DNA of 64,000 nt from Anthoceros angustus (Eukaryota > Plantae > Anthocerotophyta). Positions 25,351-37,100 of this stretch are shown piece by piece. The stretch's first letter is position 1. Every line of letters starts with the position of its first letter. The DNA lies in assembly GCA_010909165.1 (NCBI GenBank), contig MU008173.1, positions 372,001-436,000 on the forward strand. The letters run 5' to 3'. The notes beneath the pieces were generated by a model. It had not been told where the DNA came from. It did no database searches and saw nothing but the letters and a program-made list of their open reading frames with translations. The translations under genes were made by a program, and so were the position numbers.

Positions 25351-26628
25351 GAGTGAAATTGTTGTACTGTAATGCCCGCTACCAACCGAATGACATGGTC
25401 CCATCTATGCATTGGGAACTAACAAACGCCTTTTGCGGAATGGCACGGATGGGACATTCTCACAAGCAGCTTTTCACAGCGAGGAACCCGGATGTAGCAC
25501 ACATGGGCACACGGTACGGCATCAGTCCCAATATGTCTGTGGATTTGTGGAGGAATGATGCAATTTATGGGAGGGCCACTGATTCATCCATGGATGCAGG
25601 GTAAAACCAAGGCTCCTCTAAGGAGGAGGTTGTTGAATGGACCTCGTCTCAGGGATGAGCCGAACGAGGGTTGCTCAGAAAAGGCGGACGGAAAACCAAA
25701 GATCCTCCGATCTCAGACGCGGGTGAATCTTGAGGACCATTATAGACAATGTGGCTTTTAGCGTTGATTGGGGCTGCCTAGACAATGATTTGCTGGTTGA
25801 GGCCATGTTAGCCATGGTTGCCCCACAATGGGGTGCCGTTTGGAGTCGGTAACTAGGTAAGTGAGTTGAACATCAAGGACCCTAATTTGACTGCAGTAAT
25901 GTCGAGGTGATTTTGTTTCGTGACTCAATAACCCAATTCACTATTACCGTGATGGGAAGCCGATAATTAAATTCCAAGTCGGTAATGTTATAATTGTTGG
26001 GAAAACCACTTTCAACGGGCAGTAAAAAAAGAGGACTAAAACCAGTTACCTTAATAGTAAAATAAGTATTTCCCACTCAAGTACATTACACGATCGCTTT
26101 TTGAATTTTGAATGGACAAGAATCGCCGAGTGGCCGGTTCATCTACCGGCAAGATCCGCCATAGTCTGACACATTCGACAGACTGACATACGCGGACAGC
26201 GAATTGCGTGCACGGTCCGCATTCCGGTGGCGCATCCGCTGGTTGGGTATGGCAAAATCGACGGTCCCACCCGGACGGGTTTCCATCACCGTCCGGCCGG
26301 ACTCACTTCACCGTCCGGCTGGTAACGCGAGGCCGACCCGACGGACTTCCATAATCGCAGTTTGGACAAGCAGGACCGGCAGCGAGTTTGCGTTTTCGTT
26401 TCTATTTCCGGCGGGATGCACATGCGGTGACCTCCGTTACGCACCGCAACCGTTACGCACGGGACCGGAACCAGCAACCCTTACAGCACGTTATTCTTAT
26501 CTTTATGTCGTGTTGGATATGTCGGGTAAAATAACGCCATCACATAGAAACCCCACGTGATAAGTTCACCCTAAACGATATAACCACGTTTTTTTTCTCG
26601 TGATAAAAACACCCGATGTGTTGTAGTG

Positions 26629-26747
26629 AGGGAAGCATTAAAGCCAAGCACCTAGCGCCAATCTTCATCACAGAAGTGGTCAGATTGCATGGAGTGCCCC
26701 AAGAGATCATATCAAACAGAGATTCAAAGTTCACTTCTGCGTTCTGG
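26629..26747 (+). pseudogene. Continuation of the gypsy integrase core, then a deletion into the 3' LTR
   Basis: [39 protein letters not shown] matches the conserved gypsy LHGVP..IVSDRD..FTS.FW motif. Confidence 0.9.
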
Positions 26748-26984
26748 TCCGCCACCTCGGAACGCGGGAGGTACAAGAAGTAGGTGCTCCCGTACAATCA
26801 GAATCTCTCGATTCCACACTCTCACTTCTCCGCTCCTGCCGATCGGGTCATCAAGCTCGCGAGATGTCTGAGCACATCTCCGGTTACACACCCCATCTAA
26901 GTACCGATGTAAGCTACTTGCACCAAGGGCATCCACTCCCTTTAGGCACCCCATCTAAGTACCGATCGAAGATCAGGATGCTTA

Positions 26985-27058
26985 ATAACGACATTCTTAT
27001 AAATGTGTGTCCATTTGGCCTCAGCCATTTGGACACACATTTATAAGAATGCCGTTAT
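26985..27058. repeat. Inverted repeat/hairpin with a ~29-bp stem
   Basis: ATAACGACATTCTTATAAATGTGTGTCCA ... TGGACACACATTTATAAGAATGCCGTTAT (28/29 complementary), 16-nt spacer. Confidence 0.85.
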
Positions 27059-27389
27059 GAAAAATGGACTCCGTACAGGCATTGGGTAAGATGTTCTACA
27101 TTGGGGCTTTCACTGTGCGTAGAACTTTAAGCATTGGAGAACGCAGTTGGTTTCAGGGGTTAGCTTATCGTTAGCAGCCCTTTTGACAAGGACAAGCTTT
27201 CGGAAGAAGGTGAAGAATCTTGAATGAAAGAAAGGTGAGAGCAGTAGGGTACCAGAATGGTGCTGGATCTCAAAATGTGGTGATCTTGTGCCACGGATTT
27301 CGTTCCTCCCAATTTGTCTCCGTTTTTCATCTTCTGCCTCCGTGAAACATGAATTGATTTGTGTGGTGAGTTCCTTGGCCTGATTGAAT

Positions 27390-28530
27390 CTCATGGGGAG
27401 TTGGACCCTCTCTGCCCCTGCCTTGGCTTCCCGTTTCATCCTCCATGACAAGCCCTTTCTCGAGGATCTCGTATCAAGTGTGGAGGAGGGAACCTTCTCT
27501 CTCCAATCGTCCTTGAGACAGGCCAGAGACATGTTTAAGCTCGGAAGAACTTCCCTCCTTTCTCTACATTTATCACTGATGGCTTTAGGGGATTGCAGGC
27601 ATCTCTGCTCGAGAAGCAGCTCGGCCAGGCTTTTCAGTCTGTCCTCCAGGACCCCTCCATCTCCAAGTCCACTAGAGCGCGGCTCCGCTCTTGTTCTGGG
27701 AAGGGAGAAGGTGCTTGGCTACTGGCCCGCCCATGCATACGGGGATTTCACATCGCACCAACCACCTTCACTACTGCGATGCGATTCCGTCTCGGCCTAC
27801 TCCGGCTGTGGCTTCTTCGCCTCACTTGTGAGTGCGGCTCTGCCCCTTGGCGTCTGGTGTCCACCTTGCTCGTTGTCCCCAAAGTCGCCGCATTGCCACT
27901 CAGCGCCATCCGTGACGTCATGTTTGCCATTGCTCGCGAAAGTGGCTATATGGCTGGAGGAGGCGGGTATACTCTTCTTCTGGTCGTTCAATCGGGGCGG
28001 ACTTATACCTTGTCGTGGCGACGGTTGTGGTGGCCGGATGTAGTAGTTCTTGACCACTGCGTGGCGCCACCTCGCGGTCATCATCAACCCAGCCGGTCAG
28101 GTGCTGCCGTCGGCTCTCAAGGTCCGCAAGTATAGCGAGGATGCAAGCGGGCCACCTCTTTATCGCTTGCTCTAAAGCGTATGGGGCAATGGTAGGGACT
28201 TTGACAAATTCATCAAGTCTTGTGCCAAAGCTTACCATGCGTGCGAGCATAGTGCGGTCCCTCTCGTACTTCCTGACATACTTAGGCGGGTTTCTATTGC
28301 TCTTCAGGCGCTCTCAGCGATTCTCCATAAGGCGGCGGCGGTGGGTGATGCCTTTTCCTCTTCCTCCGTGGTTTGCGGGCCGTTTATTCTACCTGCATAT
28401 GACATTGTGGGTGCAGTTGGTCACTTTAGGTAGGGAGCTCAGTTGCTCCTCTTCACTCCGACATCCGGGTCCCCATTTGTTGTCCCCTCCTAGATGGTCT
28501 CTTTCCATCGTTCTTTCACCTCAATAAATC
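27390..28530 (+). mobile_element. 5'-truncated CRE-like (RLE) non-LTR retrotransposon fragment
   Basis: GSWTLSAPALASRF..LQASLLEK..RARLRSCSGKGEGAWLLARP..FTTAMRFRLGL..CECG..IRDVMFAIARESG, followed by a degenerate endonuclease region and a 3' tail ending in AATAAA (~28524). Homologous to the copies at 38530-39530 and 43225-46050. Confidence 0.75.
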
Positions 28531-30093
28531 ATCCTATGTTTTTTTATTATTCAAAACATTTAAAAATGTGCCTAAAAATCGACCCATGGCCCGGGCTGTG
28601 GATTTCGGGCTGGTTTGCACTAAGCTCTCCTTCCATTTACCCCGATTCTGCACGGTTCTTCGGTCTGGGTCTCATCCGCAAGGTACATATATGTCATAGT
28701 GAGCACGCAGCTCTCTCTTGTTAATCGTTGGAGCCGTTGAATTCTTGTATATGTACACCAATTCAAATCTAGGTCAGGAACAAACCCTTTGGCTCTGCTA
28801 CCTCCATCAGTATCCCCTCTCATCTGATTTCCAGCTGTCACAGTCTCTACTCTTGTGCTGCTGTCGCCGCTGGTTACTTGCCGCTTCTTGATGCTGTACT
28901 CTAACCTTTCACCTTTTTTTGGTCGCAGATATACAGCTGTCATTGACCTGTGTTGTCGGCACTGATCCATGTGTTCCTTTGTGTCACAGTGATATGGCCT
29001 CCCTATAGCTACCAGACGAGGCATCCCATAAACCTATTTCTGTTAAGGATTTCACCGTGTGCATCAGCCTGACTGTCGGACTGTATTGTGCTTTCGAATC
29101 AGGTTCGAATATATGCCCTTTTCTGTGCCTATGCATGCCCCTCGGTATCGCTGTCTCATTCCAAACCAGGGTTAATCTGATGGCGACATCTGCATGAGCT
29201 CTGTAGCGACTATTTTACTTGAGGGACTGTGATTGACTACCGCGACAGTCGTGTGTCTCACGATCGCATACACGGTTTGGGCTTCTGAGCACTCGTGCGG
29301 TGAGTACTCCTGTTTCCCACATTTCTTGATCTCGGGCCTTATTGTCTTCGTGTTCGGTTTCATTCAGGTATGTCGGCAATGTTCTTTCATGCTTGCTGGA
29401 AAGAGGCTATCAGGGACGCTAGCTGGGTAAATTCTGGGAGTTCTGTACAGGTGTTCTGGCCTCCGGGGCCCCTGTCAAAGACAATGCCCTGTGGATTGTG
29501 TGTTTTTATGTTCTGCTCGTAGATTAGGTCCCACACCGAACAGTTGATAAAACGCTACGGGGTCGACCAGTACGTATGGGTATCAGTGGCGCTCTTTCCT
29601 GACGTTTACACCCCTTTCCACCCTCTCCCTTGCTCACGACTACTCTTTCTCTTGGCTTGCACCACGATTGAGGAATTGTCACTCGGCTGTGCAACGACAT
29701 ATGATGGAGGACGTACCTGCGCCTATGTATGGCGTGTTCTGAAACACGAGGGGAAGATAATATACTGGCACGAGGAACAGTATCGGATACTTAGGTTAGG
29801 TGGCAAAAAATGTTTGATTCTCCTTGGCCTCTTGTCCTGCCATGTGTAGATCAATAAAAAATTTATTTGTCTGAACTCTATACCGTTCAAGTAAGGCCTC
29901 TTTCGGAAGCCCCGTGACGGGCTAGAGAAGACTTGTCTCCACCCCCGATGGTCAACTTGAAGCTAGCGCTGACTGGAAATTTCCGTGAAATCGTATTTGG
30001 TTCGGGTGTGTGCTTGACGTCTCCAAAGTGTTCTGGCATTTGCAGAAACCGAGAAAACACGAACACCGCCAACAATTTAACATAGAAAAGGCA

Positions 30094-31145
30094 TCAGCAG
30101 GTTGATAGCCTAGCAATCTTGTCCCTCAGATAGTACAACTTTGCCCTCCGAACCTTCCTGTGGTCAACAACCTTGATTTCCTTAATATTTGGTGAATACC
30201 TGCAGCGAGACATTCCAACCAAATCAAGCAAAGCAGCGAACATGGATGCAACCAAATAATAAGTCAGGATTTCGTTGCTTTATGAACCGCAAAAGGGTTC
30301 ACAAGGCGGAGTTCACTTACAAGGGAAACACAATCTCCACTCCGACACCAGCAAGAATCCGTCGAATTCTAAACGTGGTGTTGATCCCTGAGTTGTGCTT
30401 AGCAATGACGATGCCCCGAAGAAGGGAAACCCGTTTCTTGTTCTCCGCAACCTCCTGCAGAACGAAGGGAGCGGTAAGACAATCTGGAACCACCGGATAC
30501 CACAAACTGTGAGATAGCAGGTTCCGGAATCTGTGCTCACAACTCTCAGCTGCACGACATCTCCGGGCTTGATGTCTGGAAGGCTTTTATCTTTCGATGC
30601 CGCTTCAACTGCCTCTCTGTTCAAGGTCTGCCAAGAAAGCAGTCGCAATTAACACAACATCCCTGCCATCCGCCTGAAAATCTCAGAGTCGCAAGGACGA
30701 AAAAATCCAGAACTCCAGCACCTTACGCATCGGACTCACCTCCATGAGGTTCTTCAGCTGCGGCCTCCTGCTGCGCTGCTGCCCCTCACTCGCCCCAGCC
30801 ACCTCCAATGCCGCCGGCGTGGGCTCAGCATCGGTCTCGGCCTCGGTCTCCGTCTCCGGCGTGGTGGAAACCGCTTGGCAAAACACACTGCTTCGCCTCC
30901 TACTGCTCACCAACCCTGGCAATGCCACTGCCGTCGTAAGCGGCTGGCACGCCATCTGCCACCATGGCTTCAACCTAACCACACTGGACAACGGACTAGC
31001 CGAGCGAACCACATCCGACTTGGATGCCACCACCGACGAGCTTGCAACCTACACGGCAGGCGACAACGTCAGACCTGGAACTGCTGCTGGAGGCGACGGT
31101 GAGCTGCCGGCCAGTCCTCACCTGGTGCAAGCGAGCGGAGGCCAT
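30094..31145 (-). CDS. RPL19: 50S ribosomal protein L19 (bL19), plastid-targeted; 5 exons
   Basis: Exons 31145-31122, 31048-30740, 30627-30541, 30454-30321, 30199-30094 with GT-AG introns and consistent phase. Motifs [79 protein letters not shown]. Ser/Ala-rich transit-peptide-like N-terminus. Confidence 0.96.
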
Positions 31146-31483
31146 GGCTCGCACGCTACACACACATTCGAAAGCCACGCTAAGTCTTCTTGTTGGTTTT
31201 GTCCTCCTTCCCCTTCCCTTGCGCCCTACCTTCAGGATAAGGAACACTGAGAGAGCAAAGCAGGCTAAGAGCTAGGCTGCGAGACACCTCGCGAATGAAA
31301 CGTTGAGGTGTAAGTATGTGTATATTGAGTCATATTTATTACTTTTATACCTAGATAATAGATACATTATTCGAGTGAGATCTAACGCAAGTACCTCACT
31401 AGCCGGATTTTCAAACGGGAGTGGTCTCGTCTTGAGGAGGGCCATTGTCATGAGTTCATTGGAACTCTAAAGTTAAAGTTCGA

Positions 31484-31640
31484 TAGAGACTTTATTAAAA
31501 AAGAAGAGATGGGAAAATCATCTATCCCGAATCCAAGGGGACAATCTAGTAAAGGGCCAAGGGGCTAGCCCCCATGAATGCCAACCCCGTGGCTACGTAC
31601 TGCCACGATTATGTCGTGGTCCGAGATGAGGAAAAGGTTG
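31484..31640 (-). mobile_element. Short 3'-terminal remnant of the CRE-like non-LTR family
   Basis: Similar to 33752-33915. The reverse complement resembles the 3' end of the plus-strand copy at ~45890-46050 (ending ..ATAAAGTCTC). Confidence 0.6.
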
Positions 31641-31803
31641 AAGTGATTGTTGAGTCCATCCTCAAAGTTGTTCTTAGCCCTTCGTGGCCTAAACTGTAGA
31701 ACCCTAAATCTGTGTGTTGTAAGGGCCTTTAGAGCTTGTAAGATAATCAAATAGAGCCTAACTCTTGTTGAAGCATGAAAGATAACCGCAGAGAATCTAC
31801 TTG

Positions 31804-32429
31804 TTGTGAAGCTCTATGGGGCCTATTGTGATCTTTGATATGTTGAAGCCCTGTAGCGCCTCCTTGTAAAGGCTACATAGCATGTGAAGCTCTATGGGGC
31901 CTATTGTGATCTTTGATATGTTGAAGCCCTTTAGCGCCTCCTTGTAAAGGCTACATAGCATGTGAAGCTCTATGGGGCCTATTGTGATCTTTGATATGTT
32001 GAAGCCCTTTAGCGCCTCCTTGTAAAGGCTACGTAGCATGTGAAGCTCTATGGGGCCTATTGTGATCTTTGATATGTTGAAGCCCTTTAGCGCCTCCTTG
32101 TAAAGGCTACATAGCATGTGAAGCTCTATGGGGCCTATTGTGATCTTTGATATGTTGAAGCCCCTTAGCGCCTCCTTGTAAAGGCTACATAGCATGTGAA
32201 GCTCTATGGGGCCTATTGTGATCTTTGATATGTTGAAGCCCTTTAGCGCCTCCTTGTAAAGGCTACATAGCATGTGAAGCTCTATGGGGCCTATTATGAT
32301 CTTTGATATGTTGAAGCCCTTTAGCGCCTCCTTGTAAAGGCTACATAGCATGTGAAGCTCTATTGGGCCTATTGGAATCTTTGATATATTGAAGCCCTTT
32401 AGCGCCTCCTTGTAAAGGCTACATAGCAT
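31804..32429. repeat. 78-bp minisatellite, ~8 near-identical units, plus a degenerate unit at ~32483-32553
   Basis: Unit CATGTGAAGCTCTATGGGGCCTATTGTGATCTTTGATATGTTGAAGCCCTTTAGCGCCTCCTTGTAAAGGCTACATAG; the minus-strand ORF shows a 26-aa periodicity. Confidence 0.96.
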
Positions 32430-33751
32430 ATTAAGGACCCCGACCTTTGTTGTAAGAAAACTAAATAGAGTTTGCCAAATGTCAAGCCCTTAGGCCTCTA
32501 TTGTTATCTTTGATGTGTTGAAGCCTTTGGGGCCACCTTGCAAAGGCTACATAATATATTAGAGACCTAGTTTTTATTATCAAACATAGCGCCAACCCTC
32601 TAAGTGAAGCAACACCTAACAAAAGCATAATTAAACAGCGCAATGGCCCTCTTGGTGAAACAACTTCAAACACGAGGAGGTCCTCAACGCAACTGCCCTC
32701 TTGGTGAAACAACTTCAAACATGAGGAGGTACTTGACCCATCCTAACAATGATCCATCTTTAAGACACTAAACCATAAAACTCTTGAATTGCATAAAATT
32801 AAAACACCAAACATGAGTAATTAGATTTCAATATCATTGACATCAATATTAAATAGAAGATAAAATATGTCCATAAAAGCCAACATTAAATGTTCATTCC
32901 ACTTTTGGCATAAACTATGCCAAAGGAGAAATATATATGGACTATAAGCAGGCAAATGGAACGTGCCAACCAAACCAATATGTGCCACACTTATTTTTGC
33001 AAGCTCCAGCAGAAGCACTCTCCTTAAGTGAAGATTCTCAAATCGTACAGGCTCAGTATATGCGCGACCGATGAAGTTGAAACAAAGGATTAGAATGAAT
33101 AGAATATGACGCTAAAGAAGCCTTGCTCCTCGGCACACTATCTTGTTACCATGCATCCTATATGCTACAGTCCCCGCTTGTCATGTTTCATATAACCATG
33201 TTTCTGTTTGTAATTGGAGTGTTTCCTCACTTGCCATGTTTCCTATAACCATGTTTCTGTTCGTAATTGGAGTGCTACTAGAGTGTTGCGGTTCCTCATT
33301 TCACTGTATTGCTGAATACTGGAGTTTCACTTGCCACTTGCCACGATCATGATGTGTGTCGATTTGCCTGAATGATTAACTAACATGTCGTGAAGTACAT
33401 AGGTATTCTCTCGTGGTCAAATATCAACCCGTCATCAGTCTCGTCATTAACACCCAGAATGCCTAACACTCTCAATTCGAGACTTTAGACCTACATTTGA
33501 GGCCGGAGATAAATTATGGGAGCTGATTAATTCGATGTCTTTATGTAGTTTTGTGTCGCAAGTGATGCTCTATCGAGCTGTATGCACCGCCAAAAAAATG
33601 GACAAGTGTCAGTATAAAGAATATCATGGCATCGTTCATAGAAGTGTTGTGGCAATGCTGACCCACCCATGGCCGCCTGGGTTACCAACGTGTGGTTATG
33701 GTTCTTCTTATTATGGTTCCAAAATGCCATAAGGAAAAATCTAAAACCAAT

Positions 33752-33960
33752 GGAGACTTTATTAACAATTAAGAAGAGATAGGAAAACCCATCTACCCCA
33801 AACCGAGGGGGGACAACCCACTCAAGGGCCAATAGCCAGGGGGGCTAGCCCCGAATGCCCACTCAAAGCTACCTGCGACCCCGATTATGTCGTGCTTCGA
33901 GATGAGGGAAGGCCTTCATGCAACTGGTGCCAATGACGCCACGTCTGCACGTGGCCGTAA
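33752..33960 (-). mobile_element. Short 3'-terminal remnant of the CRE-like non-LTR family
   Basis: The reverse complement (..GCAGGTAGCTTTGAG..CCCTTGAGTGGGTTG..GTAGATGGGTTTTCCTATCTCTTC..AATAAAGTCTC) resembles 45920-46050. Confidence 0.62.
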
Positions 33961-34155
33961 ATAGTGTTAGCGCGCCCTCTGCGGGCGATGGATACCCGTG
34001 TCGAAAAAGCCACCCGCAGGAAGGGGACCCACACTGTTCCACAGTAGCAACTCCAGCAGCAGGTGGACCGCTTTAAGCGAAGAATTGGAGGATCGACGTA
34101 GGCAACAGGGGGAAGAGCGCAAGCTGATAGTTCAACTACGGCTGGCAGAGGGTCG

Positions 34156-37100
34156 GGTTCGCCTCTTGGAGAAGCAGCTAGAGGACCTTAAAGCGGAGAA
34201 GGAGAAAGAGCGGGTCAATGAGAAGCAGAGATTCTAGGAAATCACGGAGACTTCCCTCATGCTTCTCGGGATATCGCACGGGCCAGGCTGGAGGGCCTAG
34301 GAGAGGAGACGGCGCAGCGGGCGAAGGAGCGTGCCCGTTTGCCGAAGCACCAGTGGTGTAGGGAGTACCAAGTACAACGGGCCTATGTGGAGGAGGCCAT
34401 TCAGCAAATCGACTCGGACTTTGCCTATTACCACGCGGAGCTCTTGAAGGCGGCAAGTGTTGTGCACTAGCTTGGGGAGGCAGTAGACCCGCTGGAGGAG
34501 TCAGAGGAGCCCATGGGCGAGGAAGGCATAGGGAAAACCGTAGCCTCAAGGAACCTTGGTGCCCTGTTTGGAGATGGGAGCAGCGACGAGGCCGAGCCAT
34601 CAGAGGAGGAGTGGTGCACGGAGGGACGGGACGGACTAAGCATGTCACTCCTGAGAATGACGATGCGCCTGGACCCGTGCTTGAATTGGGAGGCCCAAGA
34701 GGGGGTAGTCTAGCAAGGAGGGAATAGCCGAAGTAAGGGACATTGTTCCTTCGCAGGGGCTTGGTGTCTTGGGGGTCCCCGTGGACCTCCGGCCTTTACT
34801 CAGGGTTTTGCGGATGAGGCTCTGAAGGAGGACTTGGCCCACATCGGTGACCTATCTAAATTAGGGAACCCTCAAGTGGCATTTGGCATCCATTCCTCCT
34901 ACTTGTTGGCCGGGTTACCTCACCACGACAGTGGCTCCCTCCCCAACTTTTCTCTTAAGCCTGCGAAATTTTGATTTACAAGTTATGCAAGTACTTAGAA
35001 CAGCGTCTGGGTAGAAAGGGGTTTCTACGGCCAAAAGGGGTTATGGCTAAAATCCCATCTTTTTTCTGGGCAAAAATGCATATTCGCTTTTTTTTAGGCT
35101 TTTTTTGAGGGTGTTTGGTAATATTAATGTGGTGTTCAAACCCACAGCACCATACCCTACATGTTCATTTGGTTACAATGTGTGCATCCATAGTAGGGCA
35201 CCGCGATTTTGAAGTGGTGAAGATAATCAGAATCGTCTGTTATATTCTATTTGTGCATGTCCCCCGTTCATCCCATACAAGCATTTTTGTTAGAAAATGG
35301 ACAGCACGAGATGAGTGCGCAAACAAGTTTGTGCACCCAACATGATAGTGTGCAAGCTTGGTTGCGCAAAACGAGCAAGAAGATTTAGGCGCGCAAACAT
35401 ATTTGCGCACTTGGGTGCAAGAAGACCTAGGTGTGCGAACCTGGGCGCAAGGGGGCCCAGGTGGGCGAACAAATGCACGCACCAGGGGACAAGGGTGCCC
35501 AGGAAGGCATGCATTAGGGGACAAGGGGGCGCAGGTTGGTGAACAACGGTGTGCACCATGGGGCAAGGGGTCCCCAAATGCGCACACCAGGGGACGTTTT
35601 CAACTCTTTTTGTGCACCTTCCTATTGTGGATATGTCCTTATCTTGAATTAGCCCTCATCTTTTTTCTAGTGGTTGAAACTTTGAACTAGTAGTGAGAAT
35701 CTTTCACATCTTTTGAATCTTGAGACGTTTTCTTGGGCTGACTCAAATGCAGACCATACCACCCTCATTCTTGCATTGCACGCGGATCAAGAGCATCAGG
35801 TCCACGAAGATATTATTGTCCCAATGTCTGATAAAAAAGTCCTGTAGAATTCCCAGAGCGAGAGTATAGTCTTATTATTGACTGGTACGAGTGAAAGGTT
35901 GGTGTGCAAACAAGTTTGCGCACCAGAATCCTATCAAACCCTAAAATTTTAAATGTTTGTACACGTGCCGATAGTGAGAATGACCTCATTTTAGGAAGGC
36001 TTAGAATTGGATAAAGTTTAAAACAAATACGTTTGTGCACGTGGAAATAAGACCTAAACTCTTCAAAATGGCCGTTTTTAGTGCGGATTTTTTAGCATGC
36101 AATTTGGGGTTTGCGGAAATGGAAATTTTGCGAAAATTCTTGGAGAAACCCTTTCCACCCGACGTTGTTTGGAGACATTATCCCCGGGGACCTTCAAGTG
36201 TGCCGCAAAGGGCCTTAAGCTTGCGTGGCGGCAAGCATCCCTTTATATCACTGAGGCAGGATCTACTAGCCATGAGGCCTCGATGCGGCGGCCTTCCTTG
36301 GAGCCGGAGCTCTGCCTCCGTCCTCACGCGTTTTCTTAATTCGGGATGTTCCCACCTTGGAGGCCTTTGTCTCGGGGTTGAGGAGGCGTTCCCTGCGAGT
36401 TTTCTTTAAGTTGGCCGAGGACTCCCTTTCCTCCAAGGCTAGGCAGCCATGCCTTCCTTTCCCTCGCTTCCATGAAAGGGCTACATGGCATTCGGGCCTC
36501 TCTCCAAGAGAAGCGGTATAGGCAGCAGTGGGCAATCCTTTAGCCTCTACTATACCCGGCCTATTCAGTTCGCCTCTTGGAGAAGCGGCTAGAGGACCTT
36601 AAAGCGGAGAAGGAGAAAGGCGGGTCAATGAGAGCGGATTCTAGGAAATCACGGAGACTTCCCTCATGCTTCGGGATATCGCAGGCGGTGGAGGGCCTAG
36701 GAGAGGAGGCAGCAGGCGAAGGCGTGCCGTTGCGGCACCGTGGTGTAGGGAGTACCAAGTAGCGGGCCTATGTGGAGGAGGCCATTGACCGTCGACTCGG
36801 ACTTTGCCTATTACCACGCTCTTGAAGCGGCAAGTGTTGTGCACTAGCTTGGGAAAGATGGGCCGAGGAGTCAGAGGAGCCCATGGGCGAGGAAGGCATA
36901 GGGAAAACCGTAGCCTCAAGGAACCTTGGTGCCCTGTTTGGAGATGGGAGCAGCGACGAGGCCGAGCCATCAGAGGAGGAGTGGTGCACGGAGGGACGGG
37001 ACGGACTAAGCATGTCAGCTCCGGCTGAGAATGACGTATGCGCCCCAGACCCCGTGCTTGAATTGGGAGGCCCAAGAGGGGGTAGTCTAGCAAGGAGGGA

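Larger units (their letters stand above)
15010..26628 (+). mobile_element. CACTA (En/Spm) DNA transposon, ~11.6 kb
   Basis: Left TIR CACTACTACACATCGGGTGTTTTTATGACGAGA vs right reverse complement CACTACAACACATCGGGTGTTTTTATCACGAGA (31/33). 3-bp TSD AGG (15007-15009 and 26629-26631). Internal TnpD-like transposase. Excision restores integrase HFIPVK|[39 protein letters not shown]. Confidence 0.95.
530..26888 (+). mobile_element. Decayed Ty3/gypsy LTR retrotransposon, interrupted by two nested DNA transposons
   Basis: 5' LTR ~530-947 ends ...ACTTACA and is followed by PBS TGGTATCAGAGC (950-961). RT C-terminal remnant (KLFARRKKCELFSNKVHYLGFIIS..VDPKKVQAI) at ~2200-2345, RNase H remnant (DFALGAVLQQEG..NYTTHDKELLA..DHRSL..PRQRRWAEFL) at ~2560-2835, integrase Zn-finger/core split over 2940-3053, 14799-15009 and 26629-26747. 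Partial 3' LTR ~26760-26888 matches 820-947. Order RT-RH-IN is gypsy-type. No YxDD motif found; no TSD identified. Confidence 0.9.

Noticed and set aside
31804-32429. 78-bp array as a CRISPR array
   Set aside because: Units are contiguous and near-identical with no unique spacers, there are no cas genes, and the context is eukaryotic.
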